DNA from: Octopus sinensis
Lineage: Eukaryota
DNA length: 64,000 nt
NCBI RefSeq assembly: GCF_006345805.1
Contig: NC_042998.1
Coordinates: 105,834,001-105,898,000, forward strand
Reading direction: 5' to 3'
Positions 1-13,286 of this stretch are shown here, piece by piece; position 1 is the first letter of the stretch, and the number at the start of each line of letters is the position of its first letter. A program made the translations under genes and the position numbers. The notes under the pieces were generated by a model. It saw nothing but the letters and a program-made list of their open reading frames with translations. It was not told where the DNA came from and searched no databases.

Positions 1-636
1 GAAAGAATACAGAGACTAATATCATGGTCCCAGAAAGGAAAAAGAGAAAAGAAAGAAGGAAATGAGTAATAGAATGGTAGGTATGAGGAAAGAAAGGGAG
101 AAATGAGAATGTGATTAGTGTGAAACAGGTATGAGTAGTTTTGGAGATGAGCAATGGGGAAGAAAGTAAAACAAGATATTGAAATGGGAAGGAGATGGTG
201 AAAGCCAGGTCAAATTGAAATAAATGAGAAGTGAAAAGGCAAGACAGGAAGTTTATGCACAAAAGGTTATATACAGAATAATATAAACATGCAAATAAAT
301 ATTTGTGGGAGACAGAGTGTAAGTAAAGAGGGTATGGGGGAAATAATAATGAACTTTGAAGAGTAATACAAATTGTAAAAAAAGCAATTAGATAGAAAAA
401 TTTTATTTTATTTCAAGAAGGACAAAATACAAATGTCATGGTTCTAAGATGAGAGATAAGGAAAGGGAAGAAGGTTGAAATAATGAAAAGAGAAGAGTGA
501 ATGATACGTACTGCAAGAAGATATGTGTGCCAGAGTATAGTCTATATACATTTGGTATGTGTTGTGGATGTACAAATTGTAAGCAACATGTTAGGCAGAG
601 CAGTATGCATAACTGAACATATATATATATATGTGT

Positions 637-683
<47 letters not shown>

Positions 684-1120
684 TGTGAATATATACATAT
701 ACATATGAAAGAAGGTTTGAAAATGCAATTTTAAGGATGTTTATTCACTTGACTGGTTTCACTTTTTTTGAAAAAGATTGTCAAAAGTAAAATGTAAAGC
801 TTTGTATAAGCTTTGTTGTGTTAAATACTGGTTGTCTCAAGATATTAAAATACATATATACATTCTTTGATAATGATAAGAATATGTTAAAAACAGTTTA
901 CAATAAAGTATTCAAGAAAGTATTTGAGAAGTAATTTGAGTTCAATGATAATCATGTTTGTTTGGTAGTATATATATATACACAGAAGGAGATATATTTA
1001 AGAATTTACAAAAAATCGGAGAGGAATAACTGACCTGTCTACCTAAGTGATGTCCTGTGCCCACGTATGCATATATATATACATATGTATACATATACAT
1101 ATATATATACATATGTATAC

Positions 1121-1202
<82 letters not shown>

Positions 1203-1519
1203 ATATATAGTCTCCCACCACCATCAGTTGACAACCAATGTTGATGCGTTTACATCCCTGTAACTTAGTAGTTCAGAAAAAAGAGACTGATAGAAAAAGT
1301 ACTAGGCTTACAAAGAAGAAGTCCTGAGGTTGATTTGTTTGACTAAAAGTGGTGCTCCAGGATGGCCACAGTCAAATGACTGAAGCAAATAAAAAAGGAA
1401 AAATATGAATCAAGATTCAGTTGAATTAAATACTTAAATTGAGGCACCTTGCTAGTTTGGTATAACCTGCACACCCCCAACAATGTTATTTGAATATTGA
1501 ATATCAAGATTCTATGCAG

Positions 1520-1693
1520 GGGTATTTGTACCCAATGCTCCTGTCGTGTATGTGGATAACGTAACCCAGCTAAGTGAAAATATCCACTCCTGGTAATTCA
1601 GATATGTACTTTTTATAAAGGTACTTTCTATAGTATTTCCAAAGTACAGATTCCAAATTAGATGAACAAAGTATAAATAAGTAACAAAGACAC
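1520..1693. CDS. Ambiguous candidate exon: plus 1520-1592 (VFVPNAPVVYVDNVTQLSENIHS) or minus 1532-1693 (VFVTYLYFVHLIW...TTGAL)
   Basis: Unique sequence with GT-AG-bounded open frames on both strands; cannot decide between them. Confidence 0.2.
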
Positions 1694-1885
1694 CTGAACA
1701 TCTTTGTTACTTATTTATATTATATACATATTTAAAAATATAAGAGTACATGAAATATTTTTATACACAAAGATGAGACCATTGACAGGACTTCTTACAT
1801 GGTAAAAAGGGCTAGTTATAACCCAAACCATGAAAAAAAGGATTCATTAGGCATGCTGTTATATCACTAGAATGAAGAAAAAATG

Positions 1886-1968
1886 AATTAATCCCAAATT
1901 CAAGTTTCACTATTAATTGCCAAATTCACTGATTTGGAATCTGTAGCTCATCAGCGGAATCGCTAATT
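1886..1968 (-). ncRNA. Decayed hammerhead motif
   Basis: ccg-CUGAUGA-gcua..ccaaau/auuugg..uagu-GAAAC-uuga-auu|ugg; cleavage triplet degenerate. Confidence 0.45.
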
Positions 1969-2349
1969 AATGAATAATTATCCCTCTCTCTCTTTCGGAG
2001 AGGCACTGAGCAGCTATACGCACACATACACACATGGCAGTAACTTCCACCTACCGAATTCAATCACAAAGCTCTGGTCGGCTCGGGGCTATAGCGGAAG
2101 ACACCTACCCAAAGTGCCACGCAGTGGGACTGAACCCGAAACCATGTAGCTAGGAAGCAAGCTCCCTAACCACACAGCCTAGTTGTAAATACGTACCAAA
2201 AACACATGCGCAAGACAGCTACATCTTTATTGCTTTAAGGATTCAAACTAAGTGTGTCAGCATAAATATATAGTCCAGTAGTAAATAAAGAAATTTAAAT
2301 CTGTGTCTCATATAGCCTCCAAATTAAATATTACTAACATAAATATGGT

Positions 2350-2597
2350 GGAGGCATGTGGCTTAGTGGTGATGGTGTCAGCACCATGATCATAAGATTG
2401 TGGTTTCGATTCCTGAACCGGGCGATGTGTTGTGTTCTTGAGCAAAACACTTCATTTCCCGTTGCTCCGGTCCACAATGAGTAATGCTGTGATGGACTGG
2501 CGTCCCACCCAGCTGGGGAGCACATACACCATAGAAACTGGGAAACAGGGCCCATGAGCCTGGCTAGGCTTTAAAAAAGGGTGAATAAATAAATAAA
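2350..2597 (+). mobile_element. tRNA-derived SINE (second copy at 3775-4030)
   Basis: A box tggcttagtgg, B box gtttcgattcc, shared body and A-rich tail in both copies. Confidence 0.8.
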
Positions 2598-2687
2598 ATC
2601 ATAAATATGAGGTTCATAAATTATTTTAATTTATTATCCTCATATTTACGACATATACATATATATATATATATATATTTAGTAGAA

Positions 2688-2746
2688 GTAACAGAGTGAC
2701 TCAAGGTCTGAGAGTTTCAGGCTTTGACACTTATCAAACTGGTTAC
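2688..2746 (-). ncRNA. Type I hammerhead motif with U3:A8 core variant
   Basis: guaac.c.agu-UUGAUAA-gugucaaagccu-GAAA-cuc(ucagaccuu)gag-UC|acu.cu.guuac; stems I and III pair, stem II weak. Confidence 0.6.
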
Positions 2747-2837
2747 AGACTGAAGGTCTGCGCATTTATATAGCTGTTGATGTGTGTGTGTGTGTGTGTA
2801 TGTGTGTGTGGTGTGTGTGTGTATGTGTGTGTGTGTA

Positions 2838-3660
2838 TACAGAGTGCAGTAAATAAACTGTTGTCTAAATTAAGCAAAAATGAAAATGACACTGACATCT
2901 CAATTTAACAGAAATATTTACTAAAATTACATAAAAATATCTAGAAATGCTAAAGAGTACATTTATTCAGTAAAATCGCCATTAGCTTCAACCTCCAGAC
3001 GACTTCAGAATCTCCTGCAATTCTTCTGAATGGTCTCTTTGTTTAAGTTGGTCAATGCTGCCATAATCCTTGCCTTCAGTTTATCTTTGGTGTTATAAGG
3101 AGTTTCGTTTGTCTCTTACTCAACTGTGTCCCACACATAATAATCAAGGGGGTAGCAGTCTGGGGAGTTAGGTGGCCAAATGTTAGGAGTGATGTGGTCG
3201 CAGAAATTGTCTGACAGCCACGATTGGTTTCTCCTGCATGTGTGGCATGGTGCAGATCCCTGTTGCCAGACATAGGGTCCTCCAGCAGCCACTCTCTTGA
3301 CCCAGGGCAGCACTACTTCTTCCAGGCACTTGATATAGGCCTCTGTGTTGAGTCTGAGGCCATGTGGGAAGATGAATTGAGGCATACCATCGCCATCACT
3401 AGTGATTACTCCAAACACCATGATGTTGACTGGATGTTTAATTTTTATCACTCTCTGTACATGTCCCCAGATTGACACCCAAACACTCGGAAATGATTGT
3501 ATTGGAGCTACCTGCATGCATGCCAAGCAGTACAGCATGTTGTTTCCAAATCTCTGGCAGAGTGAATTACATTATGCAGGTGTTTTTCTCACAGACAAAG
3601 TCCAACTTACCCTACTATACTGTGTAGTTGCCAAAATCAAAAAGAAAGAATGTGCATGCA
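2838..3660 (-). mobile_element. maT-type (DD37D) Tc1/mariner transposon remnant, internally deleted
   Basis: KHPVNIMVFG..WQQGSAPCH..WPPNSPDCYPLDYYVW; 37 residues between the second and third catalytic positions; ORF end near 2963. Confidence 0.8.
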
Positions 3661-5559
3661 TGAAATTAAAAATATAAAATGGCAACAATTTACTCATTGC
3701 AACATGTATGTATGTATGTATTTATGTATGTATTTATGTATGTATTTATGTATGTATATATATATATGTATGTGTGAGGCAAGTGGCTTAGTGGTTAGGG
3801 TGTCAGCATCATGATCGTAAGATTGTGGTTTCGATTCCTGGACCGGGTGAACTGTTGTGTTCTTGAGCAAAACACTTCATTTTACATTGCTCCAGTCTAC
3901 TCAGCTGGCAAAAATGAGTAACGCTGCAATGGACTGGTGTCCCATCCAGCTGGGGAATACATACGCCATAGAAACCGGGAAACTGGGCCCATGAGCCTGG
4001 CTAGGCTTTAAAAGGGCACATTTATTATTTTTTATATGTATGTATGTATATATGTGAAGGCACATGGCCTAATGATAAGGCTGTTGCACACATGATTGCT
4101 AGATCATGGATCTGATTCCCAGACTGGATGTTGCAGGCATAGCTGTATTTGATGCCTACATACATAAACACAAACCACAACTATTCAGCCAATAGACTAC
4201 ATAGAAACTTCTGTTCACTCTGCCACTTGAAAATTGAATTTAGAGAACTTTATTTTGGGTCTATCACTAGATATGTTCATTCAGCCATGCCAGCATTGAT
4301 TTTTGGAGCAAAAAAATATTGTCAGAAATTAATGCACAGACATAGAGGGGAACCTACAAAAGTTTCTAAGATTACTATTAATCATGAGCTCTTCCTCTAC
4401 TACATTTGACAGATAAAAATTCAGACAGCTGTGTGCCACTACACATGTTCACTCAACTATGTCAGCTTTAATTAACAATGCCAAACATATTGTCATATGA
4501 AATTAAGAAGAGACATAGCCAAGAACTTATGAAAATTTCTAAAACCTGACCACATGATAATCCTTGACCAATCAAAATGTATCCAAAACAGATGAACCAT
4601 GTTCACTACATAAAAACAAGACAAATTTTGAATTCCAATCAGAAGCAAGGCAGTTGCAACAAAGTTCCAAATCTTTCTATCACAACTTTTAAAAATCAGA
4701 GAAATCTGTGAAACTGGTTAAATGTTTAAAAATTTTTAAATAAAAAAAACTGAATTCTAGTGCATTTTCAACTTCTGAATGTGGCCAATGCCAGTACCCC
4801 CTGACTGGCTCCTGTGGTGGTGGCATGTAAAAAGCACTATCTGAACATGATCGATGCCAGGCCAACCTGACTGGGTCCTGTGCTGGTAGCATGTAAAAAG
4901 CACCCATTACACTCTTGGAGTGGTTGGCATTAGGAAGAGCATCCAGCTGTAAAAATATTGCCAAATCAGATTGGAGCCTGGTGCAGCCGCTGGCTCTCCA
5001 GACCTCAGTCAAACCGTCCAACCCATGCCAGTATGGAAAACGGATGTTAAACGATGTTGATGATGATAATGATGATGTACTAGTGGAACATAAAAAGCAC
5101 CATTTGAGCATGGTCGATGCCAGTGCCACCAGACTGGCTCCTGTACCAATAGCACATAAAAAGCACTCACTACACTCTTGAAGTGGTTGGTGTTAGGAAG
5201 GGCATCCAGTTGTAGAAACCTGGCCAGATCAGACTGGAGCCTGATGCAGCCTCCCAGCTTGCTAGTCCTCAGTCAAACTGTCCAACCCATGCCAACATAG
5301 AAAGCGGGCGTTAAAAAATGATGATGGTGATGATGATGATGTGTGTGTGTGTAGAACTAGTGGTTAGTGAAGTGACAGAGGCCTTCTTCCCTGTAATGAT
5401 AAGTACTCTACATATCTACTTTATTGACTGGCATGATGGCAATATAATGCCATGCTTGCAGTCAGTCATGTGATAGCAAAAAATGGACTCCACAGCCCCT
5501 TAATGCTCTACTCCTTCACCAGTTTCAGTTACAGAGATGAAATGATTTCTTTTGCTCTA

Positions 5560-6330
5560 ATTATCTCTGGAGTTGTAACTGGTGGCAGCCTACAACTCAC
5601 GCACTCCTCTCTTTTTCTGTCATTAAAATAACTAACCAATAAGCCAAACATGACTGGTCTAATATACAAATGCAATGGGGAGGCAATCAACCATCTTTTG
5701 TTGGTGAATGATTTCAAATTATAAGCAACAGATGACAATCAAATGGAAACACTGTTACAACCAGTATTCTGATCTGGGAGTGGAATTGATAAAGAATGCA
5801 GTTTTCAAAAATGTGCTAAGACAACCTTGATGAATTATAATATAATTGATATGTTATATAAATTACAGAAATTAGAGAATGAGACCAGTCACAGGTTTAC
5901 AAATATTTATGAGAGAATAGCATGCACAAATAAAAAGATATGCTTGAAGAGAAAATTATAAATGCATTAGATTAATAGTAGAAACTGAGGTACATGCCAA
6001 AAGGGTATAAATATATCAAAACATTATCAATTTCAGTAAAAGATAATAGTCCAAGATTAAGAAAATCTCATTCAAAATGTTTGGGATAATTTACAGTCAA
6101 AACATTTTTGACTTGCTTTTTGATTACTCTGAATAGTCAAGGTACTGCCAATTTTTTTGGAAGTATCATATTTTCTGGAAATTAGGCTAAGTTTTTGCTT
6201 TTTGGTTGCTTACTCAGATGAGCTCCACATCATTTTTGTCCCCAAACTGAGAGCTGATGTATATTGACAAATGAGATATCTTTGTGGAAAGCCCATCTAT
6301 TTTGGAGGACTTCATGGGTCATCATGTCAA
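5560..6330 (+). mobile_element. Decayed R4/Dong-like RT fragment
   Basis: Conceptual translation ...TGLIYKCNGEAINHLLLVNDFKL...KCAK resembles the RT segment at 20380-20540. Confidence 0.5.
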
Positions 6331-6739
6331 ATGAAAGTATGCTGCTTTGGTTACCATGAGAGAAACCCAATAATTAAATGAGCTTTAGCCATTCAATTCT
6401 GGAGTCAGTGGGATTGTGCAGAGATGACAGGAAGAGGCTTGATGGACTCACTCTTTCACCTTAGGTTAGTGGTTGATACTTTGTATAGAATGGCACTGTT
6501 AGCAACTCATTTGTTCCATCACACATCCTTAACGTAGCAACAGAAGTAGGGGTTACTGTATCCGTAGCTGAATGAAATAAGATGCCGACAAATGGTAACA
6601 TATATAGACAGGCTTAAAATATTGTTTCTTTCTTTCTTTTATAGTTAATGTCAATACTTTAAAGAATGGGGATTAACATAGGAAATATAATGAAAAAAAT
6701 TAGATGATTTTAAATTTGAAAGCATTGAAATAGTAAAGC

Positions 6740-7330
6740 CAGTAAAAATTGATTTCTTGCTCAAAACTCTTTATATTTGTTGTTCTCCTGGTGTAAATCT
6801 CATTGTGGTTCAACTGATTCACACTATTCTACTTATACAATGATTGCTAATTCTACTTGGTTCCTCTTTGCTTGTAAATTAAATAAGTCGTTTTGTTTCA
6901 CTATCAGCTCTCCTACCTGTTTTAAAGTCTTTCCCAAAGGTCACAGCTGCACTTTTGATTTTCACTAATTATTGGGAATATCTGTTGTCAGTTCTGTCTT
7001 AATTAGTGTGGTCATCTGTTGTCTAAACACTTTCCATCAAGACTGGCACATTAAGTTTCCAATATCTAAGACCTCTCTTATAGCGTTTGGTTAATCTGAC
7101 AATACTAATCAGCATTTTGTAATTGGAATAACCCTCTGTCTTCAACAATGAGTAGCTGCTTAATTCTCTGTATGCTAACTAACAAATGAAATCTCTATTT
7201 CCCATTCTTATTGTATCAAGCTTAGCAGCAATATCCAGTCAGAATCTATCGACTAACTGAAGTAGTTAAGAGAGATTTAAGAAGCTTTTCAATCCTACCC
7301 TTTTACACCAGATTCTATGAGCTGACAAGG
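6740..7330 (-). mobile_element. L1/Tx1-like LINE ORF2 fragment (end of endonuclease domain)
   Basis: Decayed ...IVRL...RGLRYWKLN...KIKSAA motif typical after the APE domain. Confidence 0.5.
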
Positions 7331-7418
7331 GAGCTTTTAGGGGTTTATTCTATCTGTTGGAAATAGAAGCTAAATATTCTTCAAACAGCACACTATCTAA
7401 GCATGACTGTGCTTTTAA

Positions 7419-7634
7419 CCCTTTCATTACTGTATTTATTTTGAGATGCTTTGTGTTTCTTTCGATTACTTTATAATAGAGAATTTCATAAAATAACTTA
7501 GTTATCATTCAGATAGTGTTAGGAACATAAATTGTGACTAAGGTTTGGTGGAAGATTTTTATTCAAAACTTATGAAAACAAGACGTTTGTACTCAGAGCC
7601 AGAGCCGGTTTCTGTTGGGTTGGTAATGAAAGGG
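7419..7634. mobile_element. piggyBac-type MITE
   Basis: Perfect 12-bp TIR CCCTTTCATTAC/GTAATGAAAGGG flanked by TTAA on both sides; no ORF. Confidence 0.85.
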
Positions 7635-8715
7635 TTAAAGGGGGAATTTCACAACTATATGATTTCAGGTTCAATCTCATAGCATAGTAGATTGGATATC
7701 TTCTACCATAAGCTCAGATCAATTTGGTAGATGAAAACTTTCAGTTTATTGGTGAGACTATAACTGCTTCTTTTGCTGTGATGGGGAAAGTTGTTGATTT
7801 GATCTATCTCCCAGTTTAATACTATCCATGTCTTTTGTGGATCACAGCTCTCTAGACCAAAAAAAAAAAAAACTTACTTATTTACCTCTCACCAGTCTTA
7901 GAGTTTCTGAAAAGGATTTTGAGTGATGCCCTTCATCCTCTTACTAAGCTATTATAAGAATATTTTTAAAAAATAGACATTAGATAATTTAGTCCAGAAT
8001 ACATTATGCTTGGGAAAAAGGTTGTAATGGTTATGCTTAGAATGTCTTTGATCATAGGTCTGTGACAATAACAACAGCAACACTATTCTATTTGGTTAGT
8101 TTTGCATTCAGGACTGCATTCAAATTTCAGCCTGACAATGAAGAACTTGCTGTGATCAAGAAAAGTAGAATATAGTAAGAGAAGCTGGCTCCTGACACTG
8201 AAGAACACGATGTGACCAGGAAAGGTACAATACAATGAAAAGCTGGCTCAAATGAGGTTTTCTCATTCATATCAATATCAACTACAATGAGCTGATTCCC
8301 AAGGCAAAAATCATACAGCAAGACCACAGAATCAATGATTACCATATTAACATCATAGTAATTTCTGTTGAATTTGACTCACTGTCTGACTCAAAGAGAC
8401 ATTTGATCACCAACAATTTCATGTTAAACAACTAGCTGTTGCTGATATTGTTGAGCCTCAGGCCAGTTCAGACTTCAGTAGACATATGTTGAGAGACATT
8501 CCAGCATTGATCATTACAACACATTCACAGCATTGTTGTTACCTAGTCCCAGGCCAATTTTGAATAAGTCAGCCGTGGTTAATGACAGTCCAGCCTTGTG
8601 CATCATATCTTTTTTTTAATTTTAGAAATGAACATTTAATTGCAAAAGATACAATATGTCACTCTCTGTTTAAGTAGTCAGAAAGAGAATTTGTCTGCTA
8701 TTTCTAGAACTGGCT

Positions 8716-8950
8716 AAGGCGGCGAACTGGCAGAAACGTTAGCACGCCAGGCGAAATGCGTAGCCGTATTTCGTCTGCCGTTACATTCTGGGTTCAAATT
8801 ACGCCAAGGTCGACTTTGCCTTTCATCCTTTCGGGGTCAATAAATTAAGTACCAGTTACACACTGGGGTCGATGTAATCGACTTAATCTGTTTGTCTGTT
8901 CTTGTTTGTCCCCTCTGTGTTTAGCCCCTTGTGGGTAGTAAAGAAATATA
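8716..8950 (+). mobile_element. SINE family (ggcggcgagctggcagaa... head); copies at about 23320(-), 24040, 26510, 28965, 31880, 34760, 39628(-), 41190-41655(-)
   Basis: Recurrent ttctgagttcaaatt..gactttgcctttcatcctttcggggtcgataaa..gtaccag core. Confidence 0.8.
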
Positions 8951-10169
8951 TTTCTAGCAAGCTGAGCATCTACATAGAAGCTCCTTTGTTGGCTCAAGAC
9001 AGGTATTTGTTATGTCAGATAGTGTAATCTCATAAGGTTTTGAATTCATTAAAAAGTTTATATCATGAACTTAGTTCTCTGCTACCCAAGTTGTCATTCT
9101 TATGAGGACTATTATGAGGAAAAATTAACAACCTAACATACTTCTACTCATCCTCTTGGAAATTGCAGCCAACTACCCTCAAATACACCATTCTATTTTA
9201 AACAAAGGACACATTGGACCATGATACACAAAAGAACAGGTTGAATCCTGATTGCTCATGGCTGAAGCTCTTTCAATAATAGGCCTGCTTCATCAAGACA
9301 GACCCACAGCTGAACAACTTCCATTCTCATCTGCTTTTAATATCCACTGGTACATGATAAAATATTAGTGAATTCCCTGGAATCATCATCACCATCATCA
9401 TCATCATCATCATCATTTAACGTCCACTTTCCATACTGGCATGGGTTGGATGGTTTGACTGGAACTGATAAGCCAAAGAGCTGAACCAGGTTCCAGTCTG
9501 ATTTGGCATGATGCCCTTCTTAATGCCAACCACTCCAGGAATGTAATGGGTGCTTTTACATGTCACTGGCAGGGATGCCATTTACATGACACCAGTAAAG
9601 ACCACGACTACAATGCATGGGTGTCATTTATATGGCACCGACAGCAACCACAACTAAGATTCACAAATGCCATTTACATGGCACTGGCAATGAGCAGAAA
9701 AAGTCAATTCTGACCATTATCCATGCCCCAACAACATTCTAAGCATGTATCAAAATAGCTACAGCCAATGAGGAGGACTCTATGTGTCTCTATGGTTACT
9801 CTATGGTTAGCAACCATTTCTCATTCAAGTAAGTCATATACTGCCACTTTAAATAAAGAAATGCTTTTTAAAAGATCGTTGGTCAGACTAGAGTAACTTT
9901 GCTCAGAGGTTTATTCACTCAGGTCTGGCCTGGAGCTAAACAACAATTTCTACCATTAATATCAAATTACCAAATTATTTTCATCTTTTTTCCTTCCTCC
10001 CTCTCTCTCTCCCTCCCCCCTCTCTCTCTAATAATAATAATTATGAAACATTTTTATTTTAATGCTTCTGTCAAGGCTGACTCAGCAGCTTTATAGGGTC
10101 CCTGAGTAAATCAATGCACTGGGCCCTATAGTGTTTTTATTAACAGCAAGCTATAACATACATAGACCA

Positions 10170-10500
10170 GAGTGCATGGTTAGCACATTTGGCTCATAAT
10201 CATAGGGTCCTAAGTTTGTTTCCTGGCAGTGCAGTGTGTCTTTGAGCAAGACACTCTATTTCATGTTGCTTTAGTCCACTCAGCTGGCAAAACTAAGTTT
10301 TAGCTGTATTTCAAAGGGCTAGCCTTGTCGTATCTTGTGTCACATTGAATTCTCCTGAAAATTGCATTAAGGGTACATGTGTCTGTGGAGTGCTCAGCCA
10401 CCTGCACATTAATTTCAAGAGTAGGCTGTTCCATTGATCAGACCAACTAGATCTCTTGTCATCTTAACCAACAGAGTACCAGTTTGATATAGACCAGAAC
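10170..10500 (+). mobile_element. tRNA-headed SINE with conserved central domain (second copy at 12505-12830)
   Basis: Shared ccagccttgtc..gtctgtgga.tactcagccacttgcacgttaatttca core. Confidence 0.7.
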
Positions 10501-10649
10501 TGGGCCTCAAGGCCTCTGAGGCCACTGGACATCTGCCTAGTTTCCCATGCCTTAGGATGACCTTGGCTTCTACTTCAGTATGACAAAGAATTTTTTTCAC
10601 TTATGAAGTTATTTTGTAATTTTTATATGTAGCCATTGGAACAACTAAC

Positions 10650-10704
10650 TCCGTTATTTTCTTCATATGGAAATTCTTCTGTGATTTCTCCTCCTCATTT
10701 GTTT
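10650..10704 (-). CDS. Candidate downstream exon of the minus-strand gene (E-TNEEEKSQKNFHMKKIT)
   Basis: Strong acceptor tccttccattcttttgccacag| and donor GA|gttagt; 55 nt, phase 1 to 2, compatible with the donor at 25363. Confidence 0.45.
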
Positions 10705-12945
10705 CTGTGGCAAAAGAATGGAAGGACTAGATGGTGTTTGATTATTAGCCAGCAATGAGCAAAACTAAATGTGAAGATTTTCCAAATCTGACCATCCTAT
10801 CTGATTTGTCTTGCATTATATTATGTAGTTTAACATTATTTGAATAGTAATTAGCTGCTATTCTAAGTAAATCAATCAACAACATCATGGGAGACCCTGT
10901 TTTGCTTCTTTATGGGATGAGCAATTGCCCTATTCTTTTTTTCTTCTCATGAGGTCCTGTTGATCTCAAGTTGGACATAGTTAAAGCAAGTATGTTGGAT
11001 GTTCTTCAGTAAAAAGTGGGTATGGATTTTTTTTTTCTTGGGGAGGAGGCTACCAACGAAACAACGTTCCTAAATATAATCTCATGATGCCCATTTGAAA
11101 CATTTCATCTTCCTCTTCTACATAGGATTATTGACAAGCTACGGGTAGGGAATACTCTGTTTCTCTGTTTGTCACTAACTTCCATGAAGACTGAAATTTT
11201 TGGATACTTCATCCCTTCATTACAAACAGTTTGACAGTATCTTTTGTTTCACTTTGCCCCAGTATCTCTTGTTCTCCACAGTGTCCAAAATTATTTTTAA
11301 AAATTACATTATTTCATAATTCAAAATAGTATTAAACCTTACAAGCATCAATTAAAGACAGAAAGAAGCAACAGATCCACAGATGATAACTGAATCAGCC
11401 ATCTATTATTTGCCAGGTAAACATGTTTCTATTTAGTTTTGTCTTGTTTTATAATTTCAATCACTTCTCGAATGTATTATGGGAATATTCCCAGAACGTG
11501 ACTAGTATTTTATTTTACCAACTCCAGAAGGACAAGAGACAAAAGTGACCTCTGCAGTATTTAAACTTAAAATGTAACTAAATACTGAAAAGCATTTTGT
11601 CCAACAAGTGAATAAACCTGCCAAATCATTAATGTTTGAACATCACAGTCATGTTTGTCATAATATCTAATATAAATTCAAATTGAAAATAAATTTTAGT
11701 GATTAATTAATTCATTTCACAAATATTGATATTTCTGTAGAGATTTGTGCTTGTAATAAATTGGTCTCAAAGTTATTTTTCTCAATTCCAACCATCATTA
11801 CTGCCTCCATTAGTGCATCAGGGAGCCTTCATGTGGTTACTTGGCCTATCATAAGCAGTAGTAAAATCTCCCTGATATCACACATTCATCTTAAAATAAA
11901 AAATTAAAAAAAAAACAGAAGGGCACATTAAACAAGATAGTCTCTGATATACAAAAATGTAGACAACTAATATCTATAATACATTTTTTACTAGCAGTCT
12001 TTATCAGAGCTGAACTGGAGCTAAACAACTTTAGCAGAGTATTTTCCAAATCCGACAAGCATTATGCTGTCAATAATATCCTAAGTTCTTTTAAAGACAT
12101 CACAAAAACATGGTCATTACACTTGCTCCAGCAATTATAAATCAATGTAGTTTTCTCCTTTTCTCCGAAACAAACTATATGTTTGTTATTACAATCTCGT
12201 GATAAATCTCTTTTTTTTTTAATATTCCTCCAAACACTTCAACCATTTTGTTATTTTCTTATTACTGCTGGTACTGTTATTGTCTGCTGTCACATATCTT
12301 CAAGTACCGATGTTTCTTAGCATTCATTTGGCATCCAGTTCTTTAATATTAGCAACAGTATTGACATTTTTTGGCCTTGGGTGGACGCCACCTTGTCAAT
12401 ATTTCCATTTCTTATGATTTCCATGAAACATTTGTCATTTTAATGTGTAAGTTATTTTTATGCATATGTTTTATAGACATAAAAATCATTATCCATCAAC
12501 TTGGTGCATGGCTCAGTGGTTAGGATATTTAGCTTGTGATTTTAAGATTGTGAGTTTGATTCCCAGTGGTGTGCTGTACCCTTGAGCAAGATATTTTATT
12601 TCATGTTACTCCAGCCCATTCATCTGGCAAAAATGAGATGTACCTGTAATTCAAAAGGGCCAGCCTTGTCACATTCAGTGTGTTACACTGAATCTTCCTG
12701 AGAACTACATCGAAGGTACACTTGTCTGTGGAATACTCAGCCACTTGCACGTTAATTTCATGAGTAGTTTGTTCATCGATCAGATCAACTGGAACCCTTG
12801 TTGTTGTAGCTGATGCAGAGCCAGAAGAAGTATTAACAGTTGAATAGACACAGGGTGATATTTTGAAATCAGGATTTAGACCAATGGATCTAAATATTGA
12901 AACGCACTTAATCCAGCACTAAAGTATATAATAATAGTAATGATC

Positions 12946-12990
<45 letters not shown>

Positions 12991-13286
12991 GACTACTGTG
13001 ATGGTGATAATGATAAAAAACAAAAATAACAATAATAAGATACTGCTGTGACTACACTTAAAACAATATCATTGATAATGATGGTGGTGATGGTGATGGT
13101 GATGATGATAATGATGATGGTAATGGTGGTGATAATGATGATAGTGATAATAATGGTAATGATAATAACAATAATAAGCCGATTACGGCTGCTATAATGG
13201 TACAATTATAATTGTAACGGCAATGATGGCCATCTCCCCACGAGCCAATCAAAGCTCAAAAATGATAACATTATCGTAGCACCAAA

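Noticed and set aside
1-500. Purine-rich stretch (also 32250-32940 pyrimidine-rich and 43290-43810)
   Set aside because: Probably decayed retroelement UTR or ORF sequence, but no motif could be assigned with confidence.
2350-2420. tRNA gene
   Set aside because: It is the tRNA-like head of a SINE, with body and tail attached and no full cloverleaf.
8100-8345. 72-aa minus-strand ORF and short internal duplication cctgaca.tgaagaac
   Set aside because: Phase does not fit the gene chain and there is no recognisable domain.
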